Assembly (NCBI RefSeq): GCF_009914755.1
Contig: NC_060935.1
From: the human T2T-CHM13v2.0 reference genome, Homo sapiens
DNA: 64,000 nucleotides
Strand: one strand, 5' to 3'
Within the stretch, counting starts at the first letter, position 1. Each line of letters starts with the position of its first letter. The notes beneath the pieces are model-generated. The model searched no databases and was not told the DNA's origin. It saw only the letters and a list, made by a program, of their open reading frames with translations. Position numbers and translations under genes: made by a program. This document shows, piece after piece, positions 1-20,814 of the stretch.

Positions 1-954
1 GCTGCCCTAAGACTTTCTATTACATACCATTTGTTTGACGGGATTTCTTTAGTTTCTGTAGCATAACTTATTCTAACTGGTCCTCAATCACTTTGCAATA
101 AAACCTGAGATCGTGAAGATGTTCATTGTCATTACCAGTGACGGAGCAAGTACAGAGTTCTGGAGAGGGAAGGAATCGAGAGAGTTAAACTAGCAGAATG
201 AGCCGCTCACCCTCAGAATTGCTTTTAATCTTGGTGAGAACTGAGGGGAATTTTGACAGGGTTCAGGGGGATTGCGAGGAGTGGGGCTGGGAAGTGGCTG
301 TTTGCACGTGTGGTCAGCAAATCCAGTGAGGGGGTCCATGTACTGTGGGCAGCCCCACAGATGGAGTTGGGATTGCCCTAGACTGAGTACTGGGTCATCA
401 GTACTCAAGACATCGAGGCCCAGGCTGGTGCAGGAGATACATTTCACTGCTTCAGCCTTTCTTCTATCGCTCCTCTCCAATGACAGTCCCCGATTTTCCA
501 CCGAGGAGTCACCAGTCCCCCACGACATGTTTGCGACTGGCCATTCCCCATCCTGATCTGGAGCTGGGGCATGTAGTCCCAGCCTGGATGTCAGCATCCT
601 TCCACCACCCTGGCCACAGTGATTGGGTCTGAGAAGCAGATTAGCCAAAGGAGAAACAATCTTGGAAATTTCATGTTCATGCTTAAGAAAGTAAAATGGA
701 AAGCGCGGGGAGGGTGAGGGGTCATTCTGATGATATAGTTTTAGGACCTGGATGTAGCCACACCTGTAGCTGTCAACTCTGTGCCACAGTACTGCTTTTT
801 TTTTTTTCCTTCAAATTTAAATACTTTCTAAAGGCAAGCTCTTGCTATGTGGCTTAGGCTGGTTTTGAAAAGTCCCTTTTGGGGGGATGCTTTCACTGCT
901 TCACTTCCTTTCTATGACAGCTCAGGGAATCAGAAGACAAGGGAGATGACTTTC

Positions 955-1245
955 ATTTATTTTTTTGTTTGTTTGAGACAGGGCTTGCTCTGTTGCCCAG
1001 GCTGGAGTGCAGTGGTGCAATCACAGTTCACCACAGCCTTGATCTTCTGGACTCAAGCGACCCTCCTGCTTCAGCCTCCTGAGTAGCTGGGACTGTAGGT
1101 GGCTACCACCATGCCCAGCTAATTAAATTTTTTTTTTTTTTTTAGAAGTGAAATCTCACTATGTCACCCAGGCTGGCCTCAAATTCCTGGGCTCAAGTGA
1201 TCGCCCTGCCTTAGCTTCCCAAACATACAGGTGTGAGCCCCCACA
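955..1245 (-). mobile_element. Alu (AluJ-like)
   Basis: T-rich tail followed by antisense Alu body (gttgcccaggctggagtgcagtgg); diverged. Confidence 0.9.
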
Positions 1246-1371
1246 CCAGTCAACGCTGTGGTTTTATGCACCTCGTGTCCCCCTACGCCCTGAGCAATGA
1301 TCCTCCTGCTTCAACCTCCCAAAGTGCTGGGATAAGAGATGTGAAGCAGCATGTGTGGCCCACATAGTATT

Positions 1372-2511
<1,140 letters not shown>

Positions 2512-2809
2512 AAATATAAGTACTTTTAAATTATCTCTCCTCTTCTCTCCATCTTCTTCTAAATCATCATTTTTGCCTAAGCAACAGCTAGGGTCTAATA
2601 AGGATGTGACGACTCACTTCAAAGTGGGGGAAGCCCCCATGTGCACCCAAAGCTCCTGCTGCCTTGGCCCTGGGTTCAGATACTGGACCATCATTGTGGA
2701 GGCTTGCTGGAGATCTGAGCCAGGACACCATTCTCTGTTGCCTTTAAACAAAGGCTGGTGCTCGCCCAGGCATGTAAGCTCCACCGAGGATCTGTTTGGA
2801 AGGCAGAAT

Positions 2810-3630
<821 letters not shown>

Positions 3631-3670
3631 CATTCCATTTTTAAAAAATCATAAGCTAATCACACCATTC

Positions 3671-3985
<315 letters not shown>

Positions 3986-4622
3986 GACACACCATTCCAC
4001 TTCAAGGAACTTCCAGGTGCTGTGGTCACGCCCCTCTTGTGTGGCATGCAGGTGGGGAGAGATGGGTTGGAAGATGACTGGATGGGGGCATGGAGCTAGG
4101 TGGGAAGAGGAAAAGTGTCTTGAAGGAAGTAAGTCCCTTCAGATAAGGGAGGGAGAAGCTTGATCAATATGCAGACTTTCACAGTCCTTCAGTCCTGGGG
4201 ATATTGGTGGAGAGACAGGTCTTGCCTTACATTTGAGAGTTACCATCCCAGGCAGAGGCCCTACTTCCACCTTCTTGCAGGTGGGGCTGGCGAGCAAATA
4301 CTTAGAGGAGAAACGAACACCCTTTGTAAGCATGTGAAATGTTTCTGGAGTGGAGAGATGATGAAGCAGGATATTTGGAGTCAACAGCCAAAGTTTTTAT
4401 TTTATTTTTTATTTTTTATTATACTTTAAGTTTTAGGGTACATGTGCACAACGTGCAGGTTTGTTACATATGTATACATGTGCCATGTTGGTGTGCTGTA
4501 CCCATTAACTCGTCATTTAACATTAGGTATATCTCTTAATGCTATCCCTCCCCCCTCCCCCCACCCCACAACAGGCCCCAGTGTGTGATGTTCCCCTTCC
4601 TGTGTCCATGTGTTCTCATTGT

Positions 4623-8442
<3,820 letters not shown>

Positions 8443-8505
8443 TATGATGTTAGCTGGTTATTTTGCTCATTAGTTGATGCAATTTCTTCCTAGCCTTGAC
8501 GGTCT

Positions 8506-9518
8506 TTACAATTTGGCATGTTTTTGCAGTGGCTGGTACTGATTGTTCCTTTCAATGTTTAGTGCTTCCTTCAGGAGCTCTTGTAGGGCAGGACTGGTGG
8601 TGACAAAATCAGCATTTGCTTGTCTGTAAAGTATTTTATTTCTCCTTCACTTATGAAGCTTAGTTTGGCTGGATTTGAAATTCTGAGTTGAACATTTTTT
8701 TCTTTAAGAATGTTGAATATTGGCACCCACTCTCTTCTGGCTTGTAGAGTTTCTGCCAAGAGATCAGCTGTTAGTCTGATGGGCTTCCCTTTGTGGGTAA
8801 CCTGACCTTTCTCTCTGGCTGCCCTTAACATTTTTTCCTTCATTTTAACTTTAGTGAATCTGACAATTATGTGTCTTGGAGTTGCTCTTCTTGAGGAATA
8901 TCTTTGTGGTGTTCTCTGTATTTCCTGAATTTGAATGTTGGCCTGCCTTGCTAGATTGGGGAAGTTCTCCTGCATAATATCCTGCAGAGTGTTTTCCAAC
9001 TTGGTTCCATTCTCACTGTCACTTTCAGGTACACCAATCAGACGTAGATTTGGTCTTTTCACATAGTCCCATATTTCTTGGAGGCTTTGTTCATTTCTTT
9101 TTATTCTTTTTTCTCTAAACTTCTCTTCTTGCTTCATTTCATTCGTTTCATCTTCCATCACTGATACCCTTTCTTCCAGTTGATCGAATCGGCTACTGAG
9201 GCTTGTGCATTTGTCACGTAGTTCTCGTGCCTTGGTTTTCAGCTCCATCAGGTCCTTTAAGGACTTCTCTGCATCGATTATTCTAGTTAGCCATTCATCT
9301 GATTTTTTTTCAAGGTTTTTAACTTCTTTGCCATGGGTTCGAGCTTCCTCCTTTAGCTCGGAGTAATTTAATCGTCTGAAGCCTTCTTCTCTCAACTCGT
9401 CAAAGTCATTCTCTGTCCAGCTTTGTTCCATTGCTGGTGAGGAGCTGCATTCCTTTGGAGGAGGAGAAGCACTCTGATTTTTAGAATTTCCAGTTTTTCT
9501 GCTCAGTTTTTTCCCCAT
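8506..9518 (-). pseudogene. L1 ORF1p, open for 315 codons with a late frameshift
   Basis: MGKKLSRKTGNSKNQSASPPPK...TDKQML; small deletion near 8610 replaces the normal C-terminus. Confidence 0.93.
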
Positions 9519-11215
9519 CTTTGTGGTTTTATCTACCTTTGGTCTTTGATGATGGTGACGTACAGATGGGGTTTTAATGTGGATGTCTTTTCTCTTTGTT
9601 AGTTTTCCTTCTAAGAGTCAGGACCCTCAGCTGCAGGTCTGTTGGAGTTTGCCTGGGTGTCAGCAGTGGAGGCTGCAGAACAGCGGATATTGGTGAGCAG
9701 CAAATGTTGCTGCCTGATTGTTCCTCTGGAAGTTTTGTCTCAGAGGAGTACCCGGCCATGTGAGGTGTCAGTCTGCCCCTACAGGGGGGTGCCTCCAGTT
9801 AGGAAACTCGGGGGTCAGGGACCCACTTGAGGAGGCAGTCTGTCCATTCTCAGATCTCCAGCTGTGTGCTGGGAGAACCACTACTCTCTTCAAAGCTGTC
9901 AGACAGGGATATTTAAGTCTGCAGAGAATTCTGCTGCCTTTTGTTTGCCAATGCCCGCCCCCAGAGGTGGAGTCTACAGACGCAGGCAGGCCTCCTTGAG
10001 CTGTGGTGGGCTCCACCCAGTTGGAGCTTCCCAGCTGCTTTGTTTACCTACTGAAGCCTAGGCAACGGTGGGCACCCCTCCCCCAGCCTTGCTGCCACCT
10101 TGCAGTTTGATCTCAGACTGCTGTGCTAGCAATGAGTGAGGCTCCATGGGTTTAGGACCCTCTGAGCCATGTGCGGGATATAATCTCCTGGTGTGCCACT
10201 TGTTAAGACCATTGGAAAAGTGCAGTATTAGGGTGGGAGTGACCCGATTTTCCAGGTGCCATCTGTCACCCATTTCTTTGACTAGGGAAGGGAATTCTCT
10301 GACCCCTTGCACTTCCCAGGTGAGGCAATGCCTCGCCCTGCTTGGGCTCATGCTCGGTGCACTGCACCAAGTGTCCTGCACCCACATTCTGACACTCCCC
10401 AGTGAGATGAACCCAGTACCTCAGTTGGAAATGCAGAAATCACCTGTCTTCTGCGTCTCTCATGCCAGGAGTTGTAGACTGGAGCTGTTCCTATTCGGCC
10501 ATCTTGGCTCCACCCCCACTATTATGATTCTTACACAGAGTACTTTGCTTTCCAGCAGCCTCCTCTTCCTCCTTTTTAGGTTGGAATCCCTCTATTTTAG
10601 TGGCCACTGGGATTCTGAAATGACCAGGTCTTTGTCTCAGAGACCTCACACATGCTCTTCCCTCTGCCTGGAACACTTTTGCTTGCTCTGGTCCCCTGAG
10701 ATCTCTTTCAGCTCAACTGCCCCATGCTCAGAGACCCCCTTTCTCCCTCTCTAGTTTGAAGCCAGTTTACCCCTGTAGTCAGTGCCTGGAAAACTCGTTT
10801 TCCTCCTTGATGCCTCCTGAGTTGTCACGGGATTTATGTGCCTGTTTGGGTGTCTGGTGTCTGTCTCCCCGACTGGACTGCATGCTCCTGGTGAGCTGGA
10901 GGGACTGGATGAGCAGAGGATAAGCAAGGCCCTGGGGCTGGAGGGAGCAGGGCAGAAGGCACAGGCAAAAGGCCTTTGTGATCTGGAAGGAAGTGAAGGA
11001 GAGGGAGAGAGAGAGAGATGAGAGAGGCTGGCAGAAGATGGGCCAGGGGCCAGGCTGTGTGGGATCTTTTGGGCCACAGAAAGACATTTCAATTGTTATG
11101 TAAGAGAACCAGGACACCATTGGAGGGTATGAGTCACCTCATCTAACTGAGCTCTGTAAATGTCAGTGTTTTATTATTTTTATACAGTTATTTAAAAGTG
11201 ATTTTAGTTATTTAA

Positions 11216-11534
<319 letters not shown>

Positions 11535-11546
11535 TAAAAAAGATCA

Positions 11547-11828
11547 GGCCAGGCACGGTAGCTCATGTCTCCAATCTCAGCACTTTGGGAGGCTGAGGTG
11601 GGATGATCACTTGAGGCCAGGAGTTCAAAACCAGCCCAGACAACATAGTGAGACACCCCCTGCCCCAATTTCTAAGAAAATGAGAAAATTAGACACTGTG
11701 GCTTGTCTGTAGCCCCAGCTACTGGGGAGCCTGAGCTAGGGAGGACTGCTTGAGACCAGGAGTTTGAGGCTCCACTGACCTGTGATTATGCCACTGAGCT
11801 ACAGCCTGGGCAACAGAGTGAGACCCTG
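11547..11828 (+). mobile_element. AluJ-like
   Basis: Diverged sense Alu. Confidence 0.85.
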
Positions 11829-11939
11829 GAGCCGCCTCAGCTTCTCTAGAGCTGACCGAGCTTGTGCTTCTTATCATAGGGAATGACAGACGCTGGGGCT
11901 TTGATGGGCATTGGGTGAAATGGGCAGAGTGACGCTTAC

Positions 11940-12185
11940 CTGGGATGGCAGTGAAGTGGGATGGGGAGGTCATTGTGACAAGGGGCGGCATGAGGTACTT
12001 GGCCTTGACGCCCTCCCCGGCCAGACGGTCCAGGTTGGGGGTGTCCACATCCTGATCCTAGTCCCAGCGGAAGCCCTGGAAGGAGATCAGCAGCAGTTGT
12101 GAGTGCTCTTCTTCCCTGGGAGGAGGTGGCCGCCCAGCAGGACAGGCAGCGGTAGCAGCAGCTGGAGGGCGCCGAGCCATGTCAT
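11940..12185 (-). pseudogene. ENPP7P: Unprocessed ENPP7-like (alkaline sphingomyelinase family) pseudogene, first coding exon
   Basis: Translates LLLISFQGFRWD*DQDVDTPNLDRLAGEGVKAKYLMPPLVTMTSPSHFTAIPG versus ENPP7 LLLVSFDGFRWNYDQDVDTPNLDAMARDGVKARYMTPAFVTMTSPCHFTLVTG; phase-1 donor G|GTAAG at 11940/11939; TAG at 12060-12058; signal-peptide-like frame from ATG 12185 is offset by one base. Confidence 0.93.
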
Positions 12186-12329
12186 CCCACGAGCACCTGT
12201 CATGCACTCCTCACGCAGTTCATGGGCTTCTCCCTCTTTAGTCCGTTGTTGAACAAAGTCACATTAATAATTCAGCCCAGCTCTGTTGTGGGACAAACAA
12301 CCTGGAGTGTAGCAAGGTGCTGCATATTT

Positions 12330-12784
<455 letters not shown>

Positions 12785-12941
12785 TCAAACCACATGAAAT
12801 ATTTTGGACTCTTATACTAATTCCAACATTTCAAGATCTGGGGAGAACAAACTAGATTGGTGCTTTCCTTGGCTTAGTATGTTCTGTTTTTATAGGGAGA
12901 GCAAATTATTGTTCACCAGCACTATTAAAATAGCTACAACA

Positions 12942-13272
<331 letters not shown>

Positions 13273-13423
13273 TCATGAGGCCAGGCACTGTATACATGCA
13301 CATCATCTCATTTAATTTTTTCTTTGTTTAAAATTATTTTTTCCTCTAATCCTCATGTTGATCGACATTTTTTTTAGTCCTAGGAATTATTTGAAAATTT
13401 CGCATAAGAATTAAAAATTGCCT

Positions 13424-13713
13424 GGCCTGATGGCTTACACCTGTTATCCCAGCACTTTGGGAGGGTGAGATGAGAGAATCACTTGAAGCCAGGAGTTTGG
13501 GCCAGTCTGGGCAATAAAGTGAGAATGCAACTCTATAAAAAAATTTAAAAAGCTGGGTGTAGTAGCATTCACATGTAGTCCCAGCTACTTGGAAGACTAG
13601 ATGGGAGGATTGCTTGAGCCCAGGCGGTAAAGGCAGCAGTGAGCTATGATTTTGCCATTGCACTGCAGCCTGGGTGATGGAGTGAGACTCTATCTCTAAA
13701 ATAAATGAATAAA
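13424..13713 (+). mobile_element. AluJ
   Basis: Diverged sense Alu. Confidence 0.88.
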
Positions 13714-14060
13714 ATTGTGGTATAATATATGCAACATTTACCATTTTGTGCATCTGAAAGTGTACAATTCCGTGACATTTTGTACATTTATCATGTTGTG
13801 CAATTATCACCACTAACTAGTTTCAGGTTTTTTTCAACACCTCAATTGGAAGCCTCGTATCCATTCAGCAGTCACTCTGCATACCCCCTCCTGCAGCCCC
13901 TGGAAACCTCTCATCTACTTTCTATCTCTGTCGATTGGCTTAGACTGAACATTGCATATAAATGGAATTGTACAATATATGACCTTTCATGTCTGCTTCT
14001 TTCACTGAGCATGTTTTTAACGTTCATCCATATCACAACACGGATAAGTTTTGTTTTCTT
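13714..14060 (-). mobile_element. L1MB-like 3' fragment
   Basis: Antisense L1M 3'UTR motifs (atcatgttgtgcaattatcacc, catataaatggaattgtacaat). Confidence 0.7.
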
Positions 14061-14589
14061 TTTAGACCCTATCTAAAAAGAAAAAAAAAATTGTAAAACA
14101 AAAACAAAAAAATGTATAGGATGGAGATCAGATGAGTCCTGCAAAGTTTATATTTACTATCTAGCACTTTACATAGAAGCTTGCCTACCTCTGAATGATA
14201 TGCAGGTACAGAGATGACATTTATCTTGGCACTTATAGAAAGACCTATAAATTGTATAAAGACATCATCATTGGATTTCCAGTAACAAGAAGCGGCAAGA
14301 CATGACGGTGTGTCCAGGTGTTCAGGTGAAGTTTAGGGAAGGTCTTGTCTTGACGAGGTCGGATGTGAGACCCAGATGAGATAACCCCATTTCCCCTGCT
14401 GAAATTGCCTGAGAATTTCATTCCAGTTATTTGCGTAGGTTGATTCTTTCGGTGGGGGTGGGGTGGGTGAGGAGGTGAAGTGTCAGGGCAGTTCTATTTT
14501 ATATTTGCACAACTTGGCTTTCTTTTTACTTGGTGTGGTGTTTTGCTGTATGAGGAATTTCATAGGATTTTTGTGATGAGTATGCAGCA

Positions 14590-14750
14590 TAGTGGTTTGA
14601 ATCCTGCCAGGCCGAGGGCCATATCTCAGCTCTGCAACTCATTATCTGTGACGCCTTGGGGCAGGTCCCATAACTCTCCAAGCCTCTGTTCTATATTCCA
14701 TGGGGTTGTGAGGGTCAGATGAAATAATGCATGCTGGCAGAAATGGTTAC
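14590..14750 (+). mobile_element. MIR
   Basis: ctgtgacgccttggggcagg...gtgagggtcagatgaaataatgcatg MIR core. Confidence 0.55.
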
Positions 14751-15866
14751 TGCTCATGGCATTTCCAGGTTCTCCCTGTATTCCCCAGACCCCCTGTAGT
14801 TAGATGGATCCATGCCAGGGTCCAATGCTGTATAAGTGGAAGTCACTGACATCACCTCTATTCTACAGCTTTTGAGGGCTTGGGAATAACTATCTCATTC
14901 TCTCATCTCCTGGTGTAGTAACTATGGGAGAATCCTTGCATGAAGATGGTAGAATTTTCATCATTCTAGGTCTCTGAGTGGCCATATGGAACACACCGTA
15001 CCCAGCCAACCCATTGTGGACATGGAATGTAAGAAATCAACCTTGGTTGCTAAGCTGTTGAGACTCTGGGGTTAATTTGTTACTGCAGCATAACCTAGTC
15101 CATCCTGATGCATGCAGCATGCAAACCACTTATGTTGACCCTTAGTCATGGTAAGTGCTCCACAGATGTTGGTTACTTTTGGTAGGAAGATAGATTGCCT
15201 CTGAAAGTTGTGTTAGCTGATCTCATGATGCCAATGTTGCTATTTTGTAATTGGATAAATTGGACTTGGCTCTCCTTCCAGCATGTGGGAGAGAAAGATG
15301 ACTGAGAGACAATAAGGCACTATTATCTTCAGTTTGTGTCCTTGTATACCCTTGGTGGCAATGAACAATGCATGCCCCTCTGAGAAAACTGGACCTAAAG
15401 GAGAATGGGAGATGATACCAGAATTGGGAAAGTCCAAGGCCCCAGGACTTCCCTGGTCTGGAGACAACTTTGAGTCCTTGGTGGGAAGATTCTCCAAGGG
15501 AACATAAATGCTTCTACTATCTAGTTTGTCTCTTTGAGAATTAAAACTTTTTTTTTCATTCCAGTAGTTTTTGGGGTACAGTTTGGCTCTTTGAGAATTG
15601 CATACTAATTAATTTTAGGGGTCATCTGTACACATCTCTATATTCCTGAAACATGGTAGAAACAGCCAGCAGTCAGGCGACAATCTACCATGACCACTAA
15701 AATATCCCCAAAGTGAAACACCAGATGTGATCCACTAGGTTTAGTGGGGGTGGCTGGCTCGAGAGTTGGTTATATTTATTATTGTCACTGTGGTGATTAT
15801 GGCCACAACATTGTGATGCGTGTTGGTCTTCTTTTGGTGAGTTCCAGTTTGGAAGGAATAAATCCA

Positions 15867-16176
<310 letters not shown>

Positions 16177-16893
16177 TAATACTCCACCATGACACGCAGG
16201 CTTGTGGGTCCCAGAGCTCCAGAAGCATCTCCTGACCACAAAAACCTGACCCAGATTCTACTGAAAAATACGTGAGTCTAGCAGAGCCATCTCTGACACT
16301 TCCCTTCTTTTGAATGGCTGATCTGTCAGCCATGGGGAGCCCTTATGAAAGTGCAGTGTGTTTTGTGAAACTTGAGGTTGATCAAAGAATACCATTAAAC
16401 TTGGTTAAGAAATCTACATATTGATGACATAGGCAGTGGGGTGGAGGTGGGGAAATTCCCAAATACATTTTAGGAATTCTCTCAGAAGGAGGTAATAGTC
16501 AGAACTCTTGGTTGCCAGTGACAGAAACTCATCTTACTAGTGTGGAGTGGAGAAGGGATCATGTTTTTCTCTGCACTCCCCAACCCCAACCCCAAGCAGA
16601 TCCTGAAAGAGGGACAGGATTGCAAGTGGATTATTTAGGAGATGATTCCACGGAACACCAATAGGGGAGTGAGGAATTGATTCATGGAAAGGCAGGAGGC
16701 CACACAGGGGGCTTCAATGAGCAGCTTACCACTCCAGGCAACTAGGATTTGACCCCACTGGGGACCTCTGGGAGGTGATGTGGAATACATTTCAAAGTTG
16801 TTCCATCCAGGGGGTGAACATATTGAAGCATTTATAGCCTGGCTCCCATCCGTCACTGGCTGAGGAATGGTCCCAGGGCATCAACTCTCTGGC

Positions 16894-17212
<319 letters not shown>

Positions 17213-17784
17213 TGACATACTCCATGCCTGACTTTGAGAAAGCCCTCAGGTGAAAGTCTTGGTAGTATGCAGTAGCAAGCATGTACTAGAATGATAAAAA
17301 CCACGGGGCTTACCACAAGATCTCTCTCTCTATCTCTGTCTCTAGCTTTGTCTGCATCCTGGCTTAATTTCTTCTTACTCAAGCCTTTTCTCCATAAGGC
17401 AAGAAACGTGGCCACAAAAGCTGCTGTATTTCTCACTACACACAATTCCTGTCATCACAGAGAATGATTAACTTGGTCTAGTTCCAGTTTGGAAAAATAT
17501 TCAAGGGAAGAATTCTGATTGGCCAATTTAGGCCAGATGCTCATCCCTGGACCAATCAACTGATGCCAGAGGGGTGGAGTCATTTGAGAACATGGCAGCC
17601 CCCATGAGAGCCACATGACTGGAGTAGGAAGTGTGAGTCTCTATAGAGGGGAGGGCTGCTAGGCTGAAAAGGCAATAGATGTCTGCAGTGAAAGGAATAG
17701 ATCAGAGATACATTCTGTTAAACCTGTTAATTATTTGAAAAAAAGAGAAACTTTCAATCAATATACAGTCACAGTATACGTGAG

Positions 17785-18034
<250 letters not shown>

Positions 18035-18310
18035 TTACATTGTGGTTCCCCCAGCATGATTTATCAGAAAGGAAAAACAATATGCGTATTTCCTATGCAC
18101 AGGCTACTGCTATGAATTGAAATTCTTAAATTCCAAAGATTAATTAAAATGCTTCTCAAGACACATAAACTGTTAGAATCTGCTTATAATGAGGCTGAAG
18201 TTGAGTAAGAAGAGAACTGGCATTTAGGACACTACTTTTCTTCTGTCGAGTACTGCCAAGTTTTAGTTCTGCCTGGAAGTAGATGCACCTCAAGGGAGGG
18301 TTGCATGTAA

Positions 18311-18312
<2 letters not shown>

Positions 18313-18346
<34 letters not shown>
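18313..18346. repeat. (GT)n microsatellite
   Basis: About 16 GT units. Confidence 0.97.
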
Positions 18347-18512
18347 TAGTTTCCAAAGATTGGTACAACTTTCTGCAAATGCTCGTGCAATGTAATTGAA
18401 CCAATCTTTCCTTTAAGAGGTAGAGTTTATACTCCTCTACATGAATCTGGGCTGCCTATGACTTGCTTTGGCCAGTGGAATGCTGCCAAAGTGATGGTGA
18501 CCAACTTCTAGC

Positions 18513-19284
18513 CGTGAAAGGAAAACAAACCTTGGGGCGCCAAGATCACTAAGCTAGGCTGGGCTCGGTGGCTCACGCCTGTAATCCCAGCACTTTGGGA
18601 AGCTGATGCGGGCAGATCACCTGAGGTTAGGAGTTCAAGACCAGCCTGGCCAACATGACAAAACCCCATCTCTACTAAAAAATATGAAAATTAGCCAGGC
18701 GTGGTGGCAGGAGCCTGTAATCCCAGCTACTTGGGAGGCTGAGGCAGGGAAATTGCTTGAACCCTGGAGTTAGAAGTTGCAGTGAGCCGAGATCTTACCA
18801 CTGCACTCCAGCCTGGGCAACAGAGCGAGACTCTGTCCCTCCACCCAAAAAAAGTTACTAAGCTAAAGAGAAAAGTCAAGCTGGGAACTGCTTAGGGGAA
18901 AACTGCCTCCCATTCTATTCAGTCACCCCTTTGCTTACTGAGATAAATGTATATCTGATTGCCTCATTTGAGAGGCTAATCAGGAACTCAAAAGAATGCA
19001 ACCATTTGTCTCTTAACTACCTATGACCTGGAAAACCCTTCCCCTTTTCTCACCTTCACCTTCACCTGGAGTTGTCCCGCCTGTCCAGACTGAACCAATG
19101 TACATCTTACACATATTGATTGATGTCTCATGTCTCTCTAAAATGTATCAAACCAAGCTGAGTCCCTATCACCTTAAGCACATGTTGTCAGGACCTCCTG
19201 AGGCTGTGTCACAGGCATGCGTTCTCAACCTTGGCAAAACAAACTTTCTGAATTAACTGAGACCTCAGATTTTTGGGGTGCAAA
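18513..19284 (+). mobile_element. MER4A1-like ERV1 solo LTR, split by an Alu and nested in an MLT1 LTR
   Basis: gtgaaaggaaaacaaaccttgggg...cagatttttggggtgcaaa; 4-bp TSD tagc/tagt. Confidence 0.85.
18557..18853 (+). mobile_element. AluS inside MER4A1
   Basis: Full Alu; TSD actaagcta. Confidence 0.94.
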
Positions 19285-19642
19285 TAGTCTTAGGCCTTGA
19301 GAGCCCTCTCGTAGTTTCCATATTTTTGCCCTCTTGCATGCTGGCACCAAGCAAACCTTGGCTATCTGCTTAAAGGGCCATTTGGAGAGGGGCTCTGGAG
19401 GGCGAGGGGCCACATGGAGGAAAACAAGGTTCCCCGGCTGACAACCAGCACCAACTGCCAGGCACATGCATGAGGCCGTCCTGGATGTTCCACCCAGCTG
19501 GCCCTCCAGCTGCAGGTAGCCACACAAATGAGCCCAGGTTAAACCAGCCAGGAAGTCCCCATGCAACTCACAGGGTCATGAGCAATAATGGCTTGTGGTG
19601 GTTTAAAGTTTCTAATTTTAGTTGCAATAGGTAACTGAAACA
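19285..19642 (+). mobile_element. MLT1E/F-like LTR remainder (other part at about 18400-18512)
   Basis: ctgacaaccagcaccaactgccaggcacatgc...gcaataggtaactgaaaca. Confidence 0.6.
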
Positions 19643-20256
19643 ACCCAGAAGGGTGTGAGCCTGTGGAGGGTGCATTTCCCACCTGCTGAAGCTTCTCAAT
19701 TCCCAGGATCTAATCCAGATAAGACTCTTGTTCTCAGTGTCCTTGATGGAAATGGCAATGAACTTTTTGCAGATTGGACCATCTCGGGAATCCCAAAGAT
19801 CGGAAACTATTTTTTTTCTCAGAATCTTCCACACAGCATTGAGCCTTAGGAATTTCTAAGAAGGATCTGGAATAAAAAAAAATCGTTTGAAAAGGTATTT
19901 GTATAGCTTCACTTCAGCAAGATTAATGGTGGATATTAGACTAAGTGCTGGTGTTAAGCCAAACTATGTTTTTCAAAGACTCATCTGGCCTCAAGGTTGG
20001 CAGGACCAGAGTGGCCTCTCAGGATCTATCACATCCTCAGAAGAGTTGGTTCAACTGACATGTACCCAGATCTCTTTGAGCTAGTATGATACTCCATTGA
20101 GTCAAAGGCTGCCACATCATATCTCCTTTAAGTCCCCCTAAGTACGACCCCAGGAGTATTGACAAAATGGTGCTATTCCTGAAGATTTCAGGAGGACATA
20201 AATGAAGAGACTAAACTGCAAGGTACCAAAACTTCCATCTTTGCTAAAGACCCTCA

Positions 20257-20557
<301 letters not shown>

Positions 20558-20814
20558 GCCCTTATCCAATGGTCATGCCACTCTATCTGGCCATGTAATT
20601 TCTCCTCCTGGCTTTCTGTAGCAACAGCCTTCTGAGGAACCTCACTCTGCCTTTCAAAACCCCTTCAACTTGTACCCTTCATCAGCAAAGTACTTGGCTC
20701 AACATGTATGCCTCTGGGGGAACTCATCCACATGCCATTTAAGGATATTTCCAGAAACATCATCTTCACTACCCCAGGATGGCATTTTAGAGTGGATTAC
20801 TTGCCTGCTGGTTG

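Noticed and set aside
190-648. 152-aa minus-strand ORF as a further ENPP7-like exon or gene
   Set aside because: No ENPP or other recognisable motif, non-ATG start, and part resembles an old LTR
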